Part shown: positions 26,501 through 38,500 of the stretch, piece by piece
Position numbering within the stretch: position 1 is the stretch's first letter
Layout: the number at the start of each line of letters is the position of its first letter
From: Catajapyx aquilonaris
Lineage: Eukaryota
DNA length: 64,000 bases
Direction of reading: 5' to 3'
NCBI GenBank assembly: GCA_000934665.2
Contig: JYFJ02000540.1
Location: 62,001-126,000 of the forward strand
Notes under the pieces: model-generated
Database searches by the model: none
What the model saw: the letters and a program-made list of their open reading frames with translations, nothing else
What the model was told of the DNA's origin: nothing
Translations under genes and position numbers: made by a program

Positions 26501-29500
26501 TGCCAAACACCAATGGTTTTTAGACTTTTTCTCGTCGAAAAAAAAGTAGGCTATTATAGAACGGGCTCTGTCCGCCTGTGTGTCCGTCTGTGGACAAGTA
26601 TCAGGGCCTAAACCGCAAAAGATGTCAACAAACGATTTTCTTATTCGGAATGAGTAATATGTTTCATGGCCAACTTCCGGTGACTGGCCACTTCCGGTTT
26701 TCTGAGTTCACTCTATCCACCAAGTCAATTAATTTTCTTGTGTTTCTTGGCAACAGGAAATGAGACAACATTCTATGTCATTGTTGTCCAGTTAGAATCG
26801 CATCGGTTGTTGTATCGTATCGAATTCGACAAAGTTGTCAGTCTCCACTGCCCAATGAGAAAAGGTATACTCGAATCACTCTCGCGTGATTTGTCAAGCT
26901 TGTTTATGTCGTCATATTGAAACATTGTCCCTTTTTTTGACAGGTACACTGTTCAAATCCAGTCTACTCGAACAACCAACCTGGACTGTAAGGAAATGGC
27001 TTCATCATTTCGAGCCTCGGTCCTAAGCTGCCATCGTGTAAATTCGCCCCCCCCCCCTCCCTCGGCAACGATACAAGTCCGGCCTCCCAAACTAATGTCT
27101 ACGTCAGCGGTTGCGATCGGTGGTCCTCTGGGGAGCCTCTCTCTGCCAGGCACAAAAGCCACTTGCAATGGCATCATCTCCCCCTCTGCCTCTCTCTGGC
27201 GCACAAAGAACCTCAGTTCCCTCTCTCTGTGTTGCCAGGGAGGGGTCCAAAAAGAGGGTTAGACAAATGTCGGTGCATTGTACAGGGACCAAGTCCGGCA
27301 CTTCACAACTGGAGGGCCTGATAATTTGCCGCCTTCTGGGAGGGGACACTGCTTAGCCCGATCAGGTCAATGGGCCTCCAGTGTTATTATCCAATTAGAG
27401 GGGATGTATACTGAAGCACAAGCAGGGCATGGAAGTGAATAAATCAAGGTGGACGTGGGTTAAAATGTAGCATTGGAATGATCAGCTCATTGCATGTCAG
27501 CAAGTAAGAAGGCCTGCAATTAGTCACACACAAAAAAAATCACTTACGCACCGTCAGAGCCAACTATTGACTCATTTTGTGTGTAGATTTCGTGCTAATT
27601 ATTCGTCCACTTTTAATTAATGAATCGGAGTCGGTTGTGCGTGGCATTTTCCAGCTCTTTCGACATCGGCACGCCTAAATAATTGCGTTGCTAATTTATT
27701 TTTTTTGTTCGGTGTTCCAGTGTAGTGGGGTAATGTGACGCCTAGTTTTTGGGGGGTGCTAAACACTGCGGGGGACACGTCAGATGCCGGACTGGACGTG
27801 AATAATTTCTGGCGTCACTTACCCGGAGGCATGTCATTCCCCCTTGGTGCTTCTTGTCACGTGTACATGCCGGACCTAACTTGACGGGAAATGGAAATAG
27901 AAGGGTTGACTCCCCGGAAATTTCGGGTCACTATAAAAATGCCGACGTGAATTTTTCATTGCCAGCTTTACTGATCAGGAGCTAAATAGCGATCAAATCT
28001 AACTTATTTGTAATGCTGATTGTTCGTGCCATTTCAGGGAGGACTGCCGGGTGTTCCGCAGAACTTTCTCTCAAGGTATCCCAACACTTTGTCCTGAGAA
28101 ATTCCCGCAGTTAACTACCGGCCGGCTGTGAACCTCAGTCACCTTAAGCAGTACATTACAAAGCCCTGTTCTCTCCAGAGGGCTATTTCTGCCTGTCAAA
28201 AGGATGGGTCCCAGCAATTCCGCTCCGCCATAATGAATATCAGTAAATGGAGGAGTATAGGGGTAAAAGGGGGTGTTTCTGCAGAGTACACCTCAAGATA
28301 GATGATGACGAGGAGTCAAGGAACCGAGGCGTGCAATTGCTTAGGATTTTCGCAGCAGGGTTTGAGTAATGGACCGAGTCCTCCCTTGTCATTTGGAGTA
28401 GCTCAACTTGGTTTCGCTCCGTAGAATATTTCGAAGCCCGCTATACTGCTGCCCTCTTGCGCCATCTCATTTGCATAATCCATCACTAGAAGCAAAAATT
28501 TTATAAACCCGCTTCAGTGCCAATGATAATTCACTCTCGATCCCAAATCCGGTTGTCAATTTTCTTTTCGTTTATCAATTCAACTCGATTTTTTTTTTGG
28601 TGGAAAAAAATATTGCGGAGAACCCCCTGCAGAAAATTAGACAAAACGCACGACCAAGTCCGATCCTAATTAGAACCGTATCAACGTAATTATAATTTTT
28701 AATCCCACCCCGAATTTTTGATGATTTCCGGAATGACTCCCGGAATACTTGGGACGCGTGTCCTGTCCGGTAATTGCGGACTAGGGGGGAGTGTCCCGGT
28801 TAATCTAGTTAGAAGCTCAAATTAAAATGTTAACCGTTGGAATTACGCGTAACCACTTGCGTGTCTGGGTAACGATTCCCAAATGGTCCACCTTCCCCCA
28901 CTCAAAAAAAAATGCATTCCAAAGTTTTCCATTATGCCCCCCAGCATATTACTAAGTTGGTCCTCGTCAAGTCGCATTTCGCCAGGATTCCGAGGGAAAA
29001 GCTCTGGAAATATTATTTTTCTCATGCCGGACTGGGTAGATTGCGCGGCGGCTCTTCCAAAAACACCCTCATTCTGCAGATTAGCGAATTTGGAAGCCGA
29101 CCGGATTAAATTAAGCCAGAGAGCCTTTTGTGAGGCCACAAGTTGGCGGCTTGCACGCTTTATTTCGGGTGTACAGCAGAAAGAGAGGGTCTTATTCAAC
29201 GGGGGGGAGGACAATATTTGAACTGCATTCATAATCTTGCGTTCGAGGCCGCATAAAAATGGAGAGTCAGCAGTTGAATGGGATAGAGATTTTGGAGAAT
29301 GACCTGGAAACACTATTTTCCGGGCTTGCCGTTGATGCTAATGTTGAGAGAGAGCCACACCCATTCTCTGACCTCTAAAATCTTATTGCAATGAATAATG
29401 GATGACTTTAATTACTGCTGGGGGAGACAGAATGGAGGCTGCAACTTAATGATTTGCTTCAAAATGTGCGAGTGATTTTAAAAAAAAGTAGGCCTAACTA

Positions 29501-32500
29501 GAAAAACACTCGATTTGCTCACTGAGCGATGTAGACAGCGAACAAATGGATGGTTGCTCCTTCCACCCACCAGAGGCGCTGCCTCTACCTTCACTGCGCT
29601 TGCGCAGAACGGAGGCCAATCGGAAGTGTCGCGGCAACACTATAAGGCGGACCATCAGAAGGCGTAACCATACAACATGAATTGGGGTTTTATACAGTTG
29701 AATCCGGATATAACAATCTCGGCTATAACAGATTTAAAAGGCATACGTTCATAAATGGCATGTGTATTCGGCTATAACAGACCTTGGTTATAACAGACTG
29801 ATTTCCGACCTGATTCGAGTGTATTGAGGTTTCATCCTGACAGTTCAACGCAACCTTTCAGACACTTCTGTGTAATGGATTGCCTGACTTACAGGCGCTA
29901 TGTTCTGTACAGTATACGGTACAGTCGTCGGGTACAGTGCCCTTTATTTACACTGGAAATATTGCCTTGTTGTTACCTGGGCCTGCTTAACATCCCACTA
30001 AAAGCTTCCTGTCTTCGCCGTACATTCCTTGTCTACAAAGCATCCCCATTGCGGGCCCATAATTCCATCCGCCTTCGGGGCTTCTCACGTCAAAGTTTTG
30101 AGTCCCAAAAACCACCAAAGTGTGCCTATAGAGCCCGCCGCAGTTGGTAGCTGACAGGGCCGGAGTCAAATTGCCAGTTGGTGCAGCAAGGCCCCCACAA
30201 GCAAAGCGAGAAATGCGACTACAGGCCCCCATTGTGCCTCGGGATAAAAAGAAAAATGGTTGTGTTTGTCCGGGCTGAAAAGGCTGGGCGTGTCTGACGT
30301 GTCTCTCAGATGGATTGTATCCTCCTGTGCTTGCCCGCTTTTTTTCCCCCCCCTACTTTTTCCCCTCCAGTTTTTTTCCCCAGGCTTTTCTTTCGCCTGG
30401 TCGCTGAAACACTAGACAAGGCGCTATTTGACATCGAACTGGTACGTACCACAATCCCCTTTTTCTTCCTTGTTCTTCCAGGTGAATTGTGGTGAGAAAG
30501 GGGGGAAAATGAAGGTTTTTGCTTTTGGAGGTTTTGACCGGTTGAGTCGCAGAGTGTTGGACGTGGGTGGGATTTAGGGGGTGGGTCCCAATACACAGCG
30601 GTCAAATTTTGTTTGCGCGGGTTGAAACGCGAAAGTTTTGGAGAAGAACGTACGTGAGGCGTCGTTGTTGTTTTTTTTGCTGACCTAATCGCGTTTGGAA
30701 ATTTTGCAAAGTTGGAAGCAGGCAACTACAAGTTTTTCGAGGGAGACCGCGAAAATGCATTGTGAACATAAAAATATAAATTTTGTGAAGTTTCTGACGC
30801 CATATTGTTTGACTGCATATGAGGGGGTGTGGGATCAAAAACAGCCAAGTTCACTTGGAAAAAAAACTAGTCGTAAAATTAGCAACAACTAATGATTACT
30901 TTCACTGGTACAATCGTGAAACTAATTACGTCCATATTTTGCCGCAGCTCAGCTACATAATTATGCAAATGTGCAATTATCAAATGGCATTAAAATAATC
31001 TTACATAATTGCGGCATGTATTTGTGTTAGATCCCCCAAAAGTGGACTTGGCTGTATTTTTATATCTCAGACTCCTCATAATATTATTATGTGCAGCGAT
31101 ATGGTCGCAAATTATTAGAAGAAATTAATGTGCCAAATAGGGTCATACAATGTATGCTGAACGTGTTTTTAACCAAATTTGTACGTCCATTATTAATTTT
31201 TTTTCTACCATCAGAACTTTCCAAAAACGTTTCATCCGCTGAAACGGATACCCCCAGTTCCATAACTTTCGGGCCAAACATGTCTTCATTCAAATCCAAC
31301 CGGGCTGACAGAAAATCCCGTCCTCTCTGTGAAAAAGCGTGACGAGTCCCACCGTCATGATGACAGTGGACCATTCTTTCTGCGAGTTCCAGGCGAGCAA
31401 CCCTCATCCGGTCTCCCGCACCATGCATTCAATGTTCAACACGCCCCTCTATTGCCAAATATTTGTCAACTCTTTGTCAGACGGTGATTAGAGGGGTGGG
31501 TTATAGGGGCAAAGAGCAATGTCGCATGTTGCCTAATTTTAACCCCACCAGCTCTGTTGCCAAACCAACCGCAGAGGGTTGGTCAAACCGTTTTGTGCAA
31601 CCGAATGGAAACCAGTAACCGTTTTCACAGCAGGCTGGGATTGGAAAAGCAAGGGGTCTGATCGATTTAAGAGGCAGAGGTGGGGTCTTTTTGCCCACAC
31701 CGCGTTATTAAGGTAGACCACATGGTGCGCATTATTTCACACGATTATGCACACAAGTCGATATCTGGGGGTTCGCTTGCGGCCGGACCCTAAAAACCTC
31801 CCAACCCCAGCAACGCACACCGGTTTATAAATTTGCACCCACTCAACATCCCCGACCTAAAATTACCATTCGCCAAATTTTGCTTCGGGTTTTCTTGCCG
31901 CATCATACCGACCGAAATTGTGTCGAGATAATTCGCGAATTTATTAAAATGTGAACATCTGATGTTCTGGACAGTTGGACAGATCTCTAAGCAAGAATAG
32001 TAATAATAACGGTGACGTTTTCCTATAAGCAGAAGTTTACTTGGATATTACACAGCATCACACCAACTTTCGAACTATACCGACCAGAATTTAACTACTA
32101 CGCAAGAAAAGTTACAAGCAGCAATTTTAGAATTTTTCCGCATGAAAATTTTTTATAGAACAGCTCTGTCCGTCCGTCTGTCTGTTGACAGGTATCAGGA
32201 CCTAAATCGCAAGGGATAGCGACAAAAGGTATTCAGATCGGATTCAGCGTGACAAAAATATTTTTCATCGTCAACTTCCGGTTTTCCTGGTTCACTATCC
32301 GCCAAGGCAGGTTATCTAGATTATTAAAATCCTATTTGTGTTGTACGGTTATGCCTTCTGATTGGTCCGCCGTATATTGTTACTCCGACGACCCGATTGG
32401 CCCCCGATCTGCGCAGGCGCAATGTGGGTGGAGGAAGCGCCTCTGGTGGGTGGGAGGAGTAACTATCCATTCGTTCGCCGTTTGCCGGAGGGTCTACATC

Positions 32501-35500
32501 GTTCCCTCACCACCCCTGCACCCAGTGAGCGTATCGAGTTTGTTAACCTCATTTTCCGCTTCTCAATGAGAAAAAAGTCTACTCGAAGCGCGCTCGCGGT
32601 GGTCAACATGTTGGCTCGTCATAACTTTTTTTACAAACCAAATCACAGCTTTACTGCCATCATGTCGCACCGATCCAAACAGCATTTTGGAGATGATTGA
32701 AGACAGGGACCATCTTGGGTAAACACGAAGCACTCTTTTTAGGCGAGTAAATGCCCTCCGTGAATGGGTAAGGAAAAGCCTCCTGATTCTGTGAGGCGGG
32801 TGTGAGCCGGATCTTGGGGAGCAGGTCGTAAATAGCCGCAGATGAATACCACGTCGAGCTAACTGCATAAACGGGGTTTGCACTAAGCCCTCCCAGGCAC
32901 TGGAGCGGGATTAGTCCCAAGCAGCTCTATCTGCCGCCTCGGATGATGGAGATACACCCTCGCAACCCTCCTAGCCTTATAATGAGTTTTCAGATTGCCT
33001 GTTTTTCCCCCTCCCCCTCCCGCCTCCACCCACCCATCCTCCCCAAAACCAGAGACTAGAAACTCTACGCTGATCTCAACTTATCTCCGGGACCCGATCC
33101 CTTCCAATCAATCACGAAATCTGCCAAACTGTTCCACCTCGTGGCTGCAAAATGTGAGCCTCAACCTCCCCCCAACCAAACTATATGATGCTCGAAAATT
33201 CAGACCCGGTGTGTGTCAAAATTAATGGCAGGTTGAAAGTTTCTCTCGGAGTAACGCGTGGCATGAAACGGGGGGATCGAGAATGGAGGCTAAAATTCGA
33301 GCTCACGTGGGCAAATTTTTTTTGAGTAGGCCTATTACTAATGACGCAAGTCGGCACAATTTGGCTACACACGTAAAGTACAGTTTTAGGGCTTTTCCTG
33401 CATCAGATGTGCCAAGTTTCAGTACTCTCAGTATTATGAAAGTGGGTTAGGTAGCTGTGATATACATATGTACAAACTTTCTAACATTACTAACACTGGC
33501 AGGTACTACATGTTCTATAGACACTACTAAATTAATTTGAAAAGCCAACAAATCTTTCAATCAGTATGTTGGAGAGGGTCACAATTTATTCCCACTCTAT
33601 GCTACGTGCAAACACATAATGCGCAGTCAGTAATCCTTTTTCGGTGAGTACTGGCTTATCATGTGGGGTAAAAAAAAAAAATCTGTCGTTATTTATGGGC
33701 GTGTAATAAATCCGTCACTGTGCTCTGATAAACTCCAGAGCGACAAACACACACTGTTCATTGAATTTCCAATCATGGACCAATGCAGGTTTATAAAACT
33801 AGATTTCCAAGGCACAAAAGTAGCCTTTTCCAAAATAAAATTAATTATTATTTGAGCTTATGGTGACAATGTTTGTTCTTAGGGTCGAAGGTGTATGTAC
33901 CCTGCAATCAGTGTCAGCAGTGAAGGGAACATGACGTCCCTCATCATGTACCACTGTACAAAGTCAGGGCAATCAGCAAATTGCTCGAACATTTCAAGTC
34001 TTTGTAATGGCAGCCAGCAAACTGGTGGGTGCTTTCATGTTGTAATTAGTGTCACTACTCACGTTAAATTAATTTCTATCAGAAGGTCGATTAACCGCCG
34101 TATGACAGAAGCGTCGTGTGATTTTGTGCATCAAATAGTGTACGCTCCACAAAAGAATTTTATATTGCTTTGTGTGCTGGGGACCAGTATGCTATTTATT
34201 ATGCAACGCGCCACGTCACTGTTGCACCAACATAGGATTAGCCCGCAGTTTCCACTTAAACTGGCAGTGCCAATTAAATTCTGGCACACCCTGTGCAAAA
34301 ATCTGTTGACCGAAATGGCCTTGTTGTTTAGACTTCCCTGCACCGGCGGCTCCTATAAAACACTGTTTATATCTGTGGCCAGCGGAGGATTTAGAGTCAC
34401 AACATATTGATTGACATTGATTTCCAAACCCCTCATGGCATAAACCCATTAGCACGGAATTGGTAGTAATTATCTTTTGGCTCTGCTGCAGTCCCCCCCA
34501 TGATATCACTTCCATTCACATGATTGTGGGCACCGGCTGGACCTCGTTGTTTCACTCGATAACTGTTGATAACAAGCATCTTTTGCACTCCCAAAAATCA
34601 TCAGATCGTCGGAATATAAAACAGCATAATTACTCCCAAACCATATCATCGTAATTAGTCCCTTGTTATCTATACAAAAACCAAAATCTCCTCATTATTA
34701 CTAGGTTGCATTTACCATCAGCAGTGCGACGTTACCTAAACCTTCGATCCAGCTTGCATTCAAAGTACGAACGCGTGCAGAAAACTGTACCCTGCAACAC
34801 AAAGAATCCACTGCCTGAAATGCGTGCCTTTGGTAAAATGTGACGTGCCCCATGCTTAATGTTGCTACAGGAAGAGGCTGGGGCATGGGGAGGAGGAGGA
34901 AGAAAAACGGGGCATCTTGTTTCGTATTCCGCTCGACATGGACCGAAATAGTGTCCGCAATTTAAGTTTCTTTCTGTGGCCCGGACGATCAGAGGCTGGC
35001 TGCTCTGAATGCACAATGGCCTCCGGATCATCTCCGGGCAGGTGAGTTATAGGTCAAGCCTCCGGGACGACCATCCGGAATATGAAGTCTTGCAAAAAGG
35101 AGGAAAAGGATTCCGCCTGCTCTGATCCGGACTCTGCTCCCGGATAACACCCGCTCGACTTGCCCCGTTACTTTCAAGTCTAAAAAAAAAAAACTTTATC
35201 TGAATACCAATCGGAGTGCAAATGGAAAAACTTTTTTTTTTCCTTCATCCGGGAAGCTCCCGTACTCAAACCGACCCGGAAAAAAAAGCGCGTATCCTTT
35301 AGAAGGAAAAAAAAAGTTGAAATGAAAAGTGTGTCCGCACTTGGGGGAAACAGAAACAAAGTTGGAGGTGCGAAATCCGGACAAGTTGACAAATGGGCGC
35401 GGCTTACGGGCACGTTTTCCGGGGGAGGCGGGGTTCTGTGAGGCCTAAAGTTTTTGGCAGGAAGCCTAAATGTTTTCTCTCTTTCTCAGGGCCGCACACA

Positions 35501-38500
35501 GAAACCAAGTGGGCAACGTGGAGAAAACAACTCGGGCTATAAAAGTCCGATAGTTGCCCCCTTCTCGCAACTTTGAGGGGCTGGGAAAAAGATACATCGT
35601 TTCGGGCAGACATACAAAGCGGGGTTCAATAATTCAATCCCTTCTCCACCCCCCTCCCCTCCATACAGTAAGAGACAAAAAAGGAGGTCGGGGTCTGATC
35701 CTGTAGACGTTATTGAGGCTGAACACAGTAGAAGAAGAAGAAAAAAAAATCGGCGGAGAGAAAGAGGAGAGAATAAGGACGGTATCGATTGGTTGGAATA
35801 GCAAAATGCACCTTTCAAACCCTACTCTTCTTTTGGCTTCGGTTCGAGATTTTTTTCCTTCCTTCTTCTATCCCACTTCTAGAAGCTTTTCAAGGGACAA
35901 TAGCAGTTGTGCAGCTTGAGATCACGCCATTTTTTAAAAAAAGGGGGGCAGGGCCTGTCCTCCCCCCCCAAGTTCTTTTTTCCGACTTGTCATTATTCAA
36001 AGGTGGAATAGGGCGTATTTACTTAGAAGAACAAATTGTCTGTCAAGCCGAATTATTTGGATTGAAAGATTTGGGAGTTATTAATTACATTAACGGATTA
36101 CCTCGGTCTTCAGATATTTGGATATGATTATCAGATCCCAAATCCATACCGGATTATGGCATAAGTTTGCTGACAAATGGGCGCAATTAAATAAAACTGT
36201 AATGCATTTTACATGTAACTGCAAAGTTTTTTTAGACCCTCATTTTACTCCTAACAAATTCTATGACCAACCTCACTAAAGAGGGGTTAACCATTTACCC
36301 TAATGCCGACTAAAAAAATAAGCCTCATTATTCGCATTGACACATCAATCAGTCTAATTTACTCTCACCGGGACATCAACCAATCTAATTTATTCTCACC
36401 GGGCCTCGAACCCAATCTAATTCATCCTCAGTGGAGTTATCCGCCCCCCAATTAAAACCGCCTGAAACACAACACGTCTTAATTGCATTTACAGACTTAA
36501 ACATTCCTTAACAGTTAGAACTATTCATTCCTAATATCTACGTACAGTATAAAGCAGAAGGTTTGTTGGTATGTCTGTCACGCGGCTACCTAACCCACTT
36601 TCAGACTACTGAGAGTGCTGAAACTTGGCACACCGACATCTTACGTGCCGCTGATTCAGGCAAAAGTGCGAAAACTGCACTTTTTCAGTCTACATCTCTT
36701 ACACAACTGCCACTCTCAGGGTCGTTTGGTACTACGTGGACAAACAAAGACACAGAGGGACACAGATTGAAGCCAATTCTACTGATACTGACCTCCTCGG
36801 ACCTTGATTTCTCTGCTGACGATGGAACCAGACGGATTGGAAGCCACACACTGGTACGTGGCAGAGTGGACACCAGAAGTGTAATCCTCAGCTCGGAACG
36901 GCGGGAAGTAAAGAGTCCCGTTGGCCAGAACCTCCCTGGAAACACACAGAGAAAAAAAAAGAGTAAAAAATCATGAGAAACGATCCGGATCATACTCCAG
37001 GCCACCCTTTAAAAAAAACATCCTCGTAACTCTTCCCCATCACGTCGCGCCAACCTCACTACCCAACATCCCAATTATTTAGCGATCAATTCCTTTGCTT
37101 CGAAGAGCAGACTTTACACCCCTGCCATCATCGCCAAGTTATTAGATCACGGGATTAGAACCCCCATGAAGCTGATTTAAGTTCCTCCCTTTTAAGATGA
37201 AGTATCTTTCATACACCCTCACTATAAAGTTATGATTCGTAACGCTTTATTGCCCTTTCGTTTTAACCTCCTGGTTTTCCACCCCTCCTCACCCCCTTTA
37301 ATCCTCCATACTTTCAATTACTCTCGAGCGAGTTCCAAATGGGGCGTCTGTACCCGCACGATTGGTCTCGCTAGATTTGCTTGTTGCATTGAATCACTCG
37401 GGCGTTCACCCAACCATTTCTCAGGAGAGGGGGCAGGGTCGAGGGCAGGAACCGGGGGCGGGCCACACACTACAAATCGACAAGGGAGCAACTATTGAAG
37501 TGTATGTAGCCTTGTTTTTCCGCTTATTTAGTGGTTCGCTTGCTCCCAATAATGTTCTTCACTAGTTAAAGTATGAGTGAAAATATGATGGGAATGTTAT
37601 CGACCAGTTCATGGTTGACTGGGTCGGATTATATTCGGGTCACCGGTTAATAGCAGAACCTCAATTTGCAGCACTATTTCGCACATGTTCCTTCACAAAA
37701 TCCTGCTTTGCACTCCGGGGGGGGGGAACCGAAAAATGGTTCCTCCGACCCTGTCTGGAAAGTCCCAACGCTTCAGGCCTGTCAGTTAAAAAGTGCTGAT
37801 TCTGCAGACCATCAGGATCGAAATTGGCTCCAATAATCCGGATGAGACGTGGGCGTGTCCAATACCCTGCAGACCATCTGCAGACTTCCAAAAAAAAAAC
37901 GTTATATCGACCCTGTCTAAACACTGCACATACAAAATCACGCTTGGGTAATATTTCTTTAGTGTTTTTTTTTTTTGCAGAAATATATAGTTTGGGGGGG
38001 AGGGGGGACAAAAGTGTGGTTTACACTTTGGCTCCTTGGGCGTTTGTTTGGTGTCGCAACTCTCGGCAGCCATTTGGCGCTGCATTATGGCCCCTGCGAG
38101 ATTATATGGAAGCCGCGCGTTTCTCTTTAAAGTGCAAGTGGCTGGAATTTACACTTGTGTTTGCCACCTCCCCCAGTATACTGGGGGCCGACGGGGGCAA
38201 AACTTGTTTCTCACTCCTTTAAGCGCCCGTGTAAAGGTCTCCAGCCGCTTTCACAACTATTAAACTTTCATCTCCGGCTATAATGGCGCCGGGATAAATT
38301 TTGGTCCGCCCCCGCCAGACATGCTGATCTGTTACAACCCGCTAGACCGCCCCCCCTCTCAAAAGCACCGAAACTCCGAGGCTTCGTCTCCATAAATAGC
38401 TCTGGATAAAGTGCACGCCGTAAATACAGGTGCAACGATTTGGGAGAATACAAATCATAGCACAAAAATTTTTAACCGATTTTCTGACCCTTTTGTATGC

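Noticed and set aside
26953..27204. Minus-strand ORF containing PPIATADVDISLGGRTCIVAEGGGGGEFTRW, faintly like a Dscam Ig7 N-half (PP...TCIVSEGD.P..I.W)
   Set aside because: There is no pyrimidine tract or acceptor, no second-cysteine motif, the spacing is wrong and the Gly run comes from a homopolymer. Likely chance; a profile-HMM scan would settle it.
33895..34654. 171-aa and neighbouring ORFs as a possible nested gene or transposase fragment
   Set aside because: I recognised no motif in the frames I translated and no consistent exon structure. A decayed TE cannot be excluded without BLASTX.
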